From the NCBI GenBank assembly GCA_033442325.1, contig JAWQFM010000028.1:401870-432314 (forward strand): 30,445 nucleotides of DNA. Reading direction: 5' to 3'. The position numbers and the translations under genes were made by a program. This DNA comes from Salpingoeca rosetta (Eukaryota > Protista > Choanoflagellata). The notes beneath the pieces are model-generated. The model was not told where the DNA came from. It made no database searches and saw only the letters and a program-made list of their open reading frames with translations. How positions within the stretch are numbered: the stretch's first letter is position 1; every line of letters starts with the position of its first letter. Positions 15,786-27,964 of the stretch are shown here, in pieces.

Positions 15786-17156
15786 ATGATGCCGCGGCGA
15801 ACCTCCTCCTCCTCCTCCTCCTCCTCCTCCTCCTCGCGCTTGGTGGTGGTGTTGACCACCACGTGCACCCTACTGTTGGCTGTCTGGCAGTGGGACACGT
15901 GCAGCAGCGAGGTTGTGCTGGAGGAAGATGGCTCAGGCACCTTCCACATCAACACCACCGATTCCCAGCCCGTGTTTGTGAACGGCATCAACGTTGATGA
16001 GATGTTCCAGGCCATCTACCAAAACCAGCTCAGCATCCAACAGCAAGTCGCTCTCAACGACGCACAGGCGCTGCACATCAGCCAGCTGCAGGCGCGCTTG
16101 TGTGACTTGGCTGAGCCCGAGCCAAGTGTGAGCACCATCGATGCCTTCCCCCCAAACGCTGAGCCCGACCCCGGGGACGGTGATGTGATTGGGCCTGTAA
16201 TTGGAACACCTCTTGTCAGGGACAACAGGTGGTCGGGCGGCGTGCTGGCTGACAATGGCCTCATCTACGGTATCCCATTGCACGCCAATGCACCTTTGAT
16301 CCTGGACCCTGAGACTGGTACAGTCGACAACCCTTTGAGCGACAGTGCCGTATACAAGTGGAGCGGTGGGGTGCTGGGAAGCAACGGCCTCATCTACGGG
16401 TTCCCTTTCTTCGAGCCGTCGGTGCTCGTCATTGACCCAGCCACGAACGCGACAGGCACGATTCCATTGAACATGTCCACATCCTTCTCTGGCGATGAGG
16501 GCGATGGCATGTGGCAGAGCGGCATTCTGGCCTCCAACGGCCTGATCTTCGCGATCCCAGACATTGCAGGTGCCGTTCTTGTAATTGACCCCGCAACTAA
16601 TGCCACCGACATGACGACCATGGCCGGGCTTGATGACGGCAGCTGGTTTGGTGCCGTGCAAGCGCCCAACGACCTCATCTACTCGGTGCCTTCCACAGCG
16701 TCGTCCGTGCTCATTATCAACCCTTTCTCCAAGACCACTGATACGACGAGCATCGTGGTGCGAAGAAATGGTGACACGGGAACATGGGCAGGCACTGTGC
16801 TAGCTGAGAACGGCCTCATCTATGGCATTCCCTCAACCGCCACAAAGGTGCTCGTGGTAAACCCTGGCACGAAGGAGATGAACATCATCTCCATTCCTGA
16901 CGTCTCGACGGCAGCAAAGTGGCGTGGGGGCGTGCTCTCACCCACCGGGTTGATCGTTGGCATTCCACAGCACGCCTCGTCCGTGCTTCTTATTGACCCT
17001 GCGCTGGACACCGTGGACACCACCACACTCAGTGGGCTTTCGAGTGGTTCCTTTTACTGGAGTGGTGGTGTGCTGGCAAACAACGGCCGCATTTATGGCA
17101 TCCCCACGCGCGCACGGACCATCCTCGTCATCCACCCACGGGGCCAGATGTGCTGA
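15786..17156 (+). CDS. Intronless secreted or membrane-anchored protein, 456 aa: hydrophobic signal, beta-rich segment + coiled coil, seven WxGGVLxxNGxIYGIP..VLxIDP repeats (probable 7-bladed beta-propeller)
   Basis: Single open frame from ATG 15786 to TGA 17156; hydrophobic LVVVLTTTCTLLLAVW; repeats start WSGGVLADNG, WSGGVLGSNG, WQSGILASNG, WFGAVQAPND, WAGTVLAENG, WRGGVLSPTG, WSGGVLANNG. Confidence 0.9.
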   Translation: MMPRRTSSSSSSSSSSSRLVVVLTTTCTLLLAVWQWDTCSSEVVLEEDGSGTFHINTTDSQPVFVNGINVDEMFQAIYQNQLSIQQQVALNDAQALHISQLQARLCDLAEPEPSVSTIDAFPPNAEPDPGDGDVIGPVIGTPLVRDNRWSGGVLADNGLIYGIPLHANAPLILDPETGTVDNPLSDSAVYKWSGGVLGSNGLIYGFPFFEPSVLVIDPATNATGTIPLNMSTSFSGDEGDGMWQSGILASNGLIFAIPDIAGAVLVIDPATNATDMTTMAGLDDGSWFGAVQAPNDLIYSVPSTASSVLIINPFSKTTDTTSIVVRRNGDTGTWAGTVLAENGLIYGIPSTATKVLVVNPGTKEMNIISIPDVSTAAKWRGGVLSPTGLIVGIPQHASSVLLIDPALDTVDTTTLSGLSSGSFYWSGGVLANNGRIYGIPTRARTILVIHPRGQMC

Positions 17157-17160
17157 ATGG

Positions 17161-17194
<34 letters not shown>

Positions 17195-17475
17195 TGGGAC
17201 GAGTGGGTCGTCTACGAGAATGTAGGCTACGGATGGAGTGCTTGAGGTACGTATGCGGTGGTGTGTACTTTGCTTTCGATGGTGAGTCAATCAATACAGA
17301 ACAACACAGCATCAGCCCAACAGTATCATCAGGAAGGAATGCATCAAGGAGAAAATTGAGAGCACAAACAGGCGAAGGGGCACTCAACATGAAAACTTGA
17401 TTCACACAACACAACACACAACACACACACACACACACACACACCACAACAACAACAGGCAGACACGTGTGGTGG

Positions 17476-17810
17476 TCAGCCATAGCGGTTCATCTCGTTG
17501 CAGAGGGCGAGGCGGCGGATATTGCCGAGACAGCGGGCAGCAGCATCCTGCACACTCCGGTCTGTTGCGCCCACGAGGTCTGCAGGGGAAATAAACCGGT
17601 GTGGATGGTGGAGGTTTGGGGTGGGGTGGTGGGTGAGTGGATGGCGAGGGAGGAAGAATGTTCACGAATAAATAACCAACAGGGAGATTGAAACGTGGAA
17701 ATACAAGTGCAGATACCGGCACACACACACACACATACACACACACACACAGGCACACAGTTACAGACACAGACATGGACGCACACACACGCACGCACAC
17801 ACACACACAC

Positions 17811-17854
<44 letters not shown>

Positions 17855-19325
17855 GGCAGACACTCCGCCCTGCTCACCAAGGAGGGGCCGGACGACGCCT
17901 GCCTGGTGCATGGTGACGCAGTTCTCTGGGTCTCTGCTGAGCTGGTGCAGCGCGTGTGCGGTGGCGTGGCGCACAGCCGAGCTCTTTGACTTGAGGTAGC
18001 GCGCCAGCGGGGCAACAGCGCCCTCAGTGCCAAACGCAACGCAGTTGTTGCCCCATGTGCAGCAGTTGGCAATGGCCTCTGCAAGGTGCTCCCGCAACGT
18101 GTCGTTCGTGGTGCGCACGAGTTTGCTGCAGATGTTTCAGAGAGTGCAGACAGGCGTTAAGCGGCGCGCGCGTGTGTGTGAGTTACTTACAAACAGAGAC
18201 AGCCACACCGAGACATAGACACAGCAAAAAAAAAAAAAAAAAAAAGCATCAGTCAAGCAACAACAAGCAACAACAAGCAACAAGCAACAAGCAACAAGCA
18301 ACAAGAACAAGAACATCACTCGCACAAACTCCTCCTCCCTCAGCCCATCCAGCCACATCCCACCTGAGCATGGTGACGACACCATGGTCGGTGATGACGG
18401 CAAGGTTCTCCTCGTCCTTCGCAATCTGTGCAATGAGGGCACACACGCCCGCCAGCACGTCCTGGTTGCTGCTCTTGAGAAGACCAACAACAAGCTCAAG
18501 CCCGCCTACAAAGGAGCGCACAAGCTCGCCCGCGTCGCGCGCGTTCTTGATGCAGGGGCAGATGGCCCAGGCGGCGGAGGCCTGCACTTCTGCGTTGCTG
18601 TGCTTCAGCAGTGACCACAGCAGGCGCACGCCGTCGAGCTTGTCAATGGCGTCGATGTTGTCCTTGAGCTGCGCCGTGCGACCAACCGCTTTCGTCACGT
18701 TGATCAGCAACTCCGCATTCGTGCCTGTAACCGTGGGGTTGGGTTGAGGGTTGTGTGTACGAGTGAGTGAGCGTGAGTGAGTGAGAGTGGGTGAGTGAGT
18801 GTGTGCGTCAGTAGGCACGAGTGCATGTCATGATACTATGGCGAAGCTCATGTGATGATGTGTCCACACAATCGTACGAGTATGTGAAGCAACAGCAGTG
18901 TCTTTCTTTCAAGTCTGCCACAGCTTCATGCCACGTCACGGCACAATCACCACACCCAGAGCACCGCGTCAACATCCACGGCAGGCACTCCCCACCTGTG
19001 AGGAGGTTGATGAGGGGCTCCACGCCACCCGCCGTGCGGACGAGCCTGCACGAGTCCGTGTTTGTGGCGAGCTGGCCCAGGGCGCCGGCAACGTTCATGA
19101 GAACGGCCTCTGAGGAGGACCGCAGCAGGGCCACGAGCTGCTCCACAGCCTTGAGGCGCGAGTACTCCGCAATGTTGTCCGCATCGTACGCCGTCTTCCA
19201 GATGGCGCCCGTCACGCCCTCAAGCAGCAGCCTGTGCATGGTGGCGGTGCAGGTGTAATGGTTTGGTTGTTTGTTTGTTTTGTAAGACAGAACGAATGAG
19301 TGTGCGCCGCAGCTGCAATGTCCAA

Positions 19326-19361
<36 letters not shown>

Positions 19362-20373
19362 AACCAGCCAATCATGCGCACATTTGTACTCACGTATCGG
19401 CGGCTGGGTTGAGGAGTCTGACGAGGGGCTCGAGCCCGCCGCACTCGCGGACAATGCGACGCGTAGCCGGATCCTCAGCACACTTGAAGATGGCCATCGC
19501 ACTGTGCGCCTGTGGGTGCGCATATGGGGTTGAGGTGGAGTTGGGTGATGAGCAAGGAAACCCCGTATCCAACCAAAGGGCAGATGGCAGCATGAACATG
19601 CTCGCAGAAGCAAGCAAGCAAGCAAGCAAGCAAGCGAGCGAACGAACGAATGAGTCAACCATCAACTTCACTTCACACGCGCACACACATAGAGACGCGG
19701 ACATGTTGCGTACTGCCTGACCTGGAGAACCTTGTTGTCCTTTGAGAGATTGGCAACGAGGAACGGGGTGAGGTTGTACTTGCGGATGAGGTCGCGGTAG
19801 GCCTGCGACGTTGCACACTCCTCCAGCACGCCAACAACCGGCACAAGCAGCTCAATGTCATCCTTCGTCAGCAGCTCAGCAAGCAGCGGCACAGCGCCGG
19901 CCTGAGGCAGATGGAGGGCGTGTGCGTGCGTCGTGAGTGTGTATGAAGAGTGTGTGTATGTGTATGCGCGCATGCGTGTGCGCGTGTGTGTCGTCAATAC
20001 GTGAGATACGTACATTTCGTGTACATGATCGCACAGGTGTGAAGGCGAGTTGAGGTGAGACCACCACAGCACAGCAACGAGCAACACAATGCAACTCGCG
20101 TCATCAATGCAAATACAACAATAGCACGAGTGCCCACACGTGTGCAGGGCACCTTGAGAATGTGTTCCTTGTTCTTTGAGCTCGAGCTAGAGCTCCACAG
20201 CGCCAGCGCTCCGCACCGCGCAACCTCCAACTTGCTCGGGTCTACACGCCATTATGATGTATTCGCGTGTTTGCGCATACGAGCGAGTGAGTGAGTGAAT
20301 GGGTGAGAGAGAGAGAGTGTGTGTGTGTGCGTGTGTGAGAGAGAGAGTGTGTGTGAGTGAGTGAGTGAGTGAG

Positions 20374-20435
<62 letters not shown>

Positions 20436-21306
20436 TGAGTGAGTGAGGAGGAGAAAAGAACAACACCACCGTGTACACGTGACTGTGCACGCAAACAACA
20501 GGCGGCAATGTGGGCGTCACCTTCGGCGCCGATGCGGAGTAGCTCAACGGCTTTTGTGATGCCGCCGTAATACCGGAACATGCGCCTGGCAACCAAAACC
20601 AAGCAGAACCGAACCAGAGAAGCGGTACTCAATGAGAAAAATGGCGGAGGCACAAGAAGAAGAGGAGGAAGAAGAAAGTAGCCGGATTGTCAACATGCTC
20701 GACACACACACACACACACACACACACATGCACAAGCGGGTGGCACACCTGTTGCGAGGGAAGTTGGCGCAGTGGGAGATGGTGATGGCAGCAAGGCACT
20801 TGAGCTGGTCGTTGGGCGACTGCAGACCCAATCGCACATGAGATTCAGAATTAAATGATGTGAGTGACGTGGCGAGGAAGAAGGCAAACGATGTTGCTGT
20901 TCACACCTCAAAAGCAAAACGCAGTCAGTCAACGTCCCCTTTTCACAACAGGATAAACAGTAGCAATCGCAGCAACCGCAGTCACAACAACAGCCGCGAC
21001 AGCAACAGCAATGCGTGATGAGGGTTGGGCACCTCGAGGATGGCGACGAGGGGTCGCATGCCATTCATCTCTGCAATCGCCTTCTTCACTTGCGGGTGCA
21101 GTGAAATGTCCTTGAGCACCTGCAGCGCGCCAATCTTGCACTTGTCCTCCTCCGTATCCAACAGGTTGATGAGCAGCTCAAGCCCGCCGACTGTACACAG
21201 GTGGTGATGGTGATGGCAGTTGTGGAGATGATGTGACATCAAAGAAAAAAGGGGTGTTGGCAAGAAGGAAGTTGAAGTGGGAAGTGGCGCGAAATGAGAC
21301 GCAAAC

Positions 21307-21378
<72 letters not shown>

Positions 21379-22615
21379 TACACGCACACACACACAGACA
21401 AGCATACACACACACACACACACACAGACAAGCATACACATGCACATGCACATAGAGACCACAGGCAAGGCGCTTGTGGGAGCAGCTGACCGTCGCGGAT
21501 GGCAAACTGGGCAATCTCGGAGGTGAGGTCGTGGTCGCGAAGAGAGGACAGAGCAATGACGGTGGCGGTGACGTTGCCGCCGCTGAGGTAGCGCACGAGC
21601 TTCTGGATCGACCAGTACTCTGGTGGGAGGTCGGCCTGGCGCATGCGGCGTTCCTCAATGTCCTCCTCCTCATCGCTCTCGTCGCTCTCGCTAAAGTCCT
21701 CCGCGGCCGTCGGCGTCTGGTGGTGGCGAGTGGGGCGGTGGTGGGTGGCAGTGAGATGGGTGGTGTTGAGCGTATGGGATGGGTGCGATCGAAAACCCAT
21801 AAAAATACGAGCATCAGCGTCAGCAGCACCAGTTGTTCGCTTCGCGACCAAGACAACCACCAACCACACCACTACCACAGGCACCAGTGACATCAATCAC
21901 ACTGACCTGGAGGGAGTGGATTGGGAGCCACGCAGAGGAGGTCTGCGACATGCGGCGCGAGTTGATGAGGCCAGACCGCATCAGCCGCAGCGTTGACGAC
22001 TGTAGTGATTGATGGTGGTGCACACGTGATGGTCATGAGAGAGTGTGTAGAGACGTAGTGAGTGCATGTTGGGCAACACGTGCATACACACAGACATAGA
22101 TGCACATACAGACTCACACAGACACAGACACAGACACAGACACAGACACAGACACAGACACACGCACACACACACACACATCCACCTTGTTTGGGGATGG
22201 GCTGGTGGGGGTGTCGAGCTGAAGGCCGAACGACGACCAGCGCTCGCAGGGAACAAGCATCGCCTTCTCAAGCGTCTCTGTTGGTGGGGGGGGGGAGGGA
22301 GGGTGTAATTGAGGCGGTGGATCGTGTTGAGAACAGGAAGGCGACACATGCAGGGACAACGTGCATACAGAAGTAAAGGGAAGTAAGCAACCATTGCTTG
22401 CGTCATGAGCATGAGTAGTGACGCGGTTGAAGGAGGGGGGGGGGGTGCAACTCACCTTTGGATTGGTCGAACACAGAGTCCTCGTCCTGTTTGAAGGTGA
22501 GCAGCAACAGCAGTGTGCGGCAAGGAACAAGAATGAGTGAAGAAGGGCAAACGGTAATGTATGTATTTACAGGGGAGTTTGTACACACCCACACACACCC
22601 ACACACACCCACACA

Positions 22616-22652
<37 letters not shown>

Positions 22653-24160
22653 ACACCCACCCCCACACACTGACACTGGTGCTGGGGTTTTGCGATTTCT
22701 GTTTGAAGCTATACACAATTTTCTACTTGGGATCTGCCTGTGTGAGACCTGAATCTTGTGCTGTTGCTGGTGGTTGGGGGCCAACAAAAAAAGCACAGTT
22801 GATAAGAGCCGCTGTAGGAGACTGAGCGCACAAGAAGAAATGATACGTATCGAACCTGACACACAACAACACTATCACATACCTACCCCCACCAAAACCT
22901 GTGACCGGGGATATGGGTGTCCTGATATCGCGCGTGTACGCGGAGTAGGAGAAGGATGTGGAACAGCTCACCCCCGCGCTCTCTGCACTTGTCGCCCCTC
23001 CCCCCACATAAACCTACCTCGGGGGGATCTGTGCCCGCGCGTGTGCCTGAGTGTTTGTGTGCGTGTGAGTGAGACGCGTGCGCTGTGTCTTTGAGTGCTT
23101 GCGCATATGTGTGAGNNNNNNNNNNNNNNNNNNNNNNNNNNNNNNNNNNNNNNNNNNNNNNNNNNNNNNNNNNNNNNNNNNNNNNNNNNNNNNNNNNNNN
23201 NNNNNNNNNNNNNNNCCCCCCCCCCCACACACACACACCACGCATACCGCACCTCCTCTGTGAGCCAGATGCGCGAGGGCCGGTAGGCGCGACGAGATGA
23301 GTCCTGCCCACGCCCACCCATACGGCCGCTCTGCGCCCGCTCGTCCTCCTCAGCAAGAAACGCCAGCTTGGGCGCAAACGACGCCTTGTCCACGCCCTCC
23401 TCAAAGATGGGGCTCTTGGCGCGAAGCAGCTCCATCAGCGAGTTGTATGCGCTGCCCACCTGCTCCGTGTTCATGTCACCGGTCGCGTGGTCCGGCCCTT
23501 TGATCTCCCAGAACCCGTCAACGTGCGCCATGACGTAGAACCGATCACCGTCCTTTGGGTTGGCGAGGATGTGGCCCAGGCTGCCGTCCGCCTGCTTCCA
23601 CGGCGGCACGCGCAGCCCGTTGCTGAACGTGATTGACGTCTCCCAGTCGAGCTCCTCAAGCAGGTCGTCGTCGTCGACGCCGGCCACATTGCGCAGTCGC
23701 GACATCTCCGCCTCTGCACGCTGCATCGCCTTCACCGACCGCGCCTTGGCAGGCGTGTGTAGGGGGGGGGGGATTGGTTGTATTGTTGTTTTGTGTGAGT
23801 GGGTGCGAGTGTGCATGCGTGCATGCGTGTGTGTGTGTGTGCGTAAGCGTGTGTGCGTGTGTGTAGGTGTAGGTGGTGGTGGTGGTGGTGGTGGTGGGGA
23901 GATTGGTTGCATTGGTGTTTTGTGTGAGCGTGCGCGTGTGTGCAACGAGTGAAACCCCTTTCTCTCCGCCTGTCTTCTTTGTGCTTCGCCACAATACCTC
24001 CTGCGAGTCGTCCTCTTGCTGCTGCTGCTGCTGCTGTGCGTTGGAAGACGTGACGGGGGACATGTCATCTGCACCATCGAGCTCGTACTTGTCCAGCGCC
24101 GTCACAAGCTCCCCATTCTGCAAGCACAAGGGCAGTTGGTGGTGGTGGGGGGGGGGGAGT

Positions 24161-24205
<45 letters not shown>

Positions 24206-24779
24206 TGCGTGCGTGCGTGTGTGCGTGTCAGTTCGTGAGCGAATGAGTCAGTAACTGAGTGAGCGAGTGCGTATCTTGGTCGACATGTTGTGCTATGAAT
24301 ACGTGGCTGCAACGAACACGTGGCTGCAACGAACACGTGGCTGCAACGAACACGTGGCTGCAACGAACACGTGGCTGCAACGAACACGTGGCTGCAACGA
24401 ACACGTGGCTGCAACGAACACGTGGCCGCAACGAACACGTAGCCGTCAGCTGCGTGTGAGGCGGCAAGGTACCGCGCCAGCTCCTTCAAACACCAGCAAC
24501 ACTTCATTCTCACCTGCGCCTTGAGGGAGTCATCGAGGGAGGCGTGGATGCTCGACAGCTTGGCACCACCGCCATATGCAGCGCCGAGTATGTTGGCCAG
24601 GGGGTCCTCGTTCTCTGTTGGGAGGGGGGGGGGATGAATACACACAAACAAAGCGGCGGGCAATAGACGTGAGTGAGTGGCAAGAGAAGCAAACACGTCT
24701 TGCTACACCACACATGGGCACGCAAGCAGACCATGCAAGCATGTACCCACTCTTTTCATCTGCAAATACTTTCATCACA

Positions 24780-24865
<86 letters not shown>

Positions 24866-25628
24866 CCGCGCGTACACATGCATACACGCATGTACGACAA
24901 GAAAAAACAACGCCGACAACAACACGAACAGACTGCCTTTGCTACCTTTCATGAGGGCCTTCAACTCGTCGACCTTCTTGGAGCCGGCCATGGTCAGAAC
25001 ATGCTGGAGCTTCTGCAGAGATCCCACAATGATGTGGTCTTGTGTCAGGTCCAGCAGCACCCGGTCTTCATCAGCCTCATGTGTCTGTGAAAGCACGATG
25101 GATTGAAGGGTAGGTCAGTCGATGGACCACCAAAGCGAGCAGTCAAGTTTCGCATTGCATACGTGTTGTGTTGTGCGTGCGTGTGTGTCGGCAGTAGGAC
25201 ACAACACAACGGAGTTCACAGCTCACCATGCCGGAGAGATCCTCTGGGGTGATGGATGTGGTCCACTCCAAAGGTTTCTCAAACGCCATCTACAACCGAG
25301 TTCAAACGAGCGCATCGAGAACATGACATGGGTGAGACAACCAGGAGTGCAAGCAATGACACAAAGCACAGCCAACATGTTGCAAACGTTCAACAAGAAA
25401 TACCACACTCTTGCACACACACTTGCACACACATATGCACACTCACTCACAGACACAAACACTCACTCTCACTCACATGCACACAAACACTCATACACAT
25501 GCACACGCACACAAACACCCGACCTCAGCTTCGATGGGATGAGTAGCGACAAGTGCAGAGAGGTCGGTGATGAGCTGTTCCACAGCATCATCATCCTCCG
25601 TGTTCAGGCGCGATATCCGAACACCCAT
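17476..25628 (-). CDS. ARMC4: Armadillo repeat-containing protein 4 / outer dynein arm docking complex subunit 2, 1029 aa. 20 exons: 25628-25524, 25289-25227, 25084-24946, 24614-24514, 24117-23998, 23744-23253, 22486-22456, 22277-22186, 21999-21907, 21716-21491, 21190-21033, 20819-20749, 20585-20521, 20241-20153, 19901-19722, 19509-19394, 19231-18996, 18724-18364, 18125-17878, 17579-17476
   Basis: Diagnostic segments [33 protein letters not shown]|[83 protein letters not shown]-terminal [10 protein letters not shown]. All phases close (3090 nt). Confidence 0.95.
18226..18313. repeat. A20 run plus (caacaag)n 7-mer array in an ARMC4 intron
   Basis: Seen directly. Confidence 0.85.
20330..20445. 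repeat. Compound (GA)/(GAGT)/(GAGAGT)n microsatellite in an ARMC4 intron
   Basis: Seen directly. Confidence 0.9.
22676..23115 (+). repeat. Degraded inverted copy of about 25426-25867 (ARMC4 promoter, 5'UTR, exon 1 and start of intron 1) inside ARMC4 intron 6
   Basis: Shared blocks tgcgatttctgtttgaa, tatacacaattttctacttgg, ctgaatcttgtgctgttg, gagcgcacaagaagaa, tgtggaacagctca, ctctctgcacttgtcgc. The copied ATG at 22913 hits TAG after 11 codons. The copy ends at the N gap. Confidence 0.92.
23116..23215. other. Assembly gap (100 N, probably a placeholder length)
   Basis: Exactly 100 N. Confidence 1.
24301..24445. repeat. 17-bp minisatellite (acgtggctgcaacgaac) x8.5 in ARMC4 intron 4
   Basis: Seven identical units at 24301-24419, one variant at 24420-24436, then a partial unit. 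Confidence 0.97.
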
Positions 25629-25761
25629 GTTGTTGGTCACAGGTGGTGGTGGTGGTAGGTATGTTGTAGTGGTGTTGTGTGGGTGGTTGGTTGCTGGATC
25701 ACTTCTTCTTGTGCGCTCTCGTATCACCCAGCGGCTGCTATCTGCTGTGCTTTGTTTGCTC

Positions 25762-25815
25762 GTTGCCAAACACCAACAACAGCACAAGATTCAGCTCGCA
25801 CACAGGCAGTTGCCA
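25762..25815. promoter_or_regulatory. Two GTTGCCA RFX (X-box) half-sites upstream of ARMC4
   Basis: GTTGCCA at 25762-25768 and 25809-25815, 134-187 nt upstream of the ATG of a motile-cilium gene; RFX factors are established ciliary gene regulators. Confidence 0.6.
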
Positions 25816-25890
25816 AGTAGAAAATTGTGTATATTTTCAAACAGAAATCGCATAACTCAAGCACCAGCAACACAATTTGCTTTTGTGTGT

Positions 25891-25934
<44 letters not shown>

Positions 25935-26022
25935 TCACTTTCTACTCGCTCACCCTCTCTCACCCTCTCACTCTCACTCTCACTCACTCTCTCTCGCTCT
26001 CTCTGTGGCTCTGTGTGTGCAC

Positions 26023-27566
26023 TCAAAAGTCGGTTGGGGTTGCCAGCGTGTCTGGTGTCAGCTCTGCCTCGTGCACAGCACTTGCATCATCCTCAACAGC
26101 AGCAGCGTCAATCTTGGCCTGCAAAAACCACCAAGCAATGCATGCAGTCGTGCAACGCATGCAGGCGTGTGAGGCCGAGTTCAGACGAGCAGAGAAAGGG
26201 AAAGGGCTAGCGAGCAAGCGGCAGAGCACAGACACACGCAAACACACACACACAGACAAACACACAAACATACACACAAACATACACATACAGACACATG
26301 CACACAAACATACACATACATAACACAAACACCACACGCACACACACATACATACACAACATACATACACACAGGCACACACAAAACACAGGCACACACA
26401 GAGACAACCATGCATGAACATCCATGACGTACAAAGAGATCGTGGAGTTGCGCGTCATCGGCCGTATTACGGTAATCGCAGTTCATGTGTCGTTGTTGGA
26501 GGACGGGGCTGCCAGATGTGTCGTCTGCACCACTCTCTTCCTCGCCCAGCTCAGACATGGCAAACATGTATTTGGCCATGGCCTCGCGCTGGCATCCATT
26601 CACAAGCTCGTCCTCCTCGTCCTCCTCGCCATCCTCCTCCTCGTCATCATAATCCCCACCATCACCATCGGCTTGTGGCGAGACAAGGCCTGCATCGCTC
26701 AGCCGGGCACTAATCACCGTCATGTCGTGGTCAAAGTCATCATCCTCTACATCAGCTGTGACAACCACCACCTCAGAGTCATCATCGCCACCACCCTCTT
26801 GATCTTCCTCCCCTGTCTCCGCCTCAGCTCGGCTGTCACTTGGGGTATCAGCATCTTCGCCATCTGCGTCAGCAGCTTCGCCGTCTCCACTCTCGCGTGC
26901 ATTGCTGCTCCCTTGCTCGTCTGGACGTGGCTCTGTCGTTGTTCCTGCTGTCGTCGAAGGCGACACGGAAGCCGCTGTTGCTGGGGAGGAAGAAGAAGAA
27001 GAAGAAGAAGATTCAACAAATGCATCGTCTGTTGCTGGCTGTTGCGGTACGCGCCGTCCGTTCACATGCACGCGCGTGTCATCGCCACTGCCATCTGCTG
27101 GCAGCTGGATGTGTTGCGTCATGAACTCGTCCGGCGTGATGACGTGGCTGCCTTCGCCCATGTCCGCACTTGCCGCCGTGGCAGCGCCCAGCATCTGCGA
27201 AAACAATAAATCGTGCAGCGCAGCAACATCTGCCTCCTCCTCCTCCTCCCCATCTTCATCGCCATCATCAGCACCGGTACGCCCGCGATTGTCTCCGTGA
27301 CTGCCACGACCACCGTCATCATCATCGTGCAGCGTCGGTAAGTAGTGCAGCGGTGGTGCCCCGTGCACGTCACCACCATCACGACCACGATCGTCATCAT
27401 CATCGCCCTTGCTGCTGGCGGATATGAGGGACTGCAGACGCTGCTGTCGATCTTGCGACAACTTGTCCATGGTTGCGCGGCGCTCCCTGTTGTTTGTTTG
27501 TGTGTGCATGTGAGGGGGAAGATGTGGGCGAAAAGTTATGAAGAGCACAGCGATGACACCTTTTTG

Positions 27567-27663
<97 letters not shown>

Positions 27664-27919
27664 ACCCTGTGTACTTTGTGAGGGATGTCTCTTCTCGCAA
27701 GAGCTCCGCCTGCGCCACACGCAGCTCAGCCATCTCCTTCTGGTAGCTGCGGTCAACTTGCTCAATTACCCTGCAGTCGGATCGAAGTTGAGAAGAGGTC
27801 GGGGTGTGCATGGTTGAAGGGGGAGTGGAGGCTCACAGAAGGATAACCAACGCCAACAAATGAGACACAAACACGCACGTGCACACGCACGCCAACAAAT
27901 GAGACACAAACACGCACGT

Positions 27920-27964
<45 letters not shown>

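Noticed and set aside
18226-18245. Poly-A tail of a retroelement
   Set aside because: No target-site duplication or element body; reads as an intronic poly-U tract on the ARMC4 sense strand
22913-23010. Second functional ARMC4 paralogue on the + strand
   Set aside because: TAG after 11 codons, donor site lost, no further exons visible
24301-24445. CRISPR-like repeat array
   Set aside because: Units are directly adjacent with no spacers, only 17 bp long, in a eukaryotic intron, with no cas genes
27849-27925. Direct repeat of about 37 nt (similar short repeats at 13066-13150 and 14308-14340)
   Set aside because: Intronic slippage duplications with no terminal inverted repeats or coding potential
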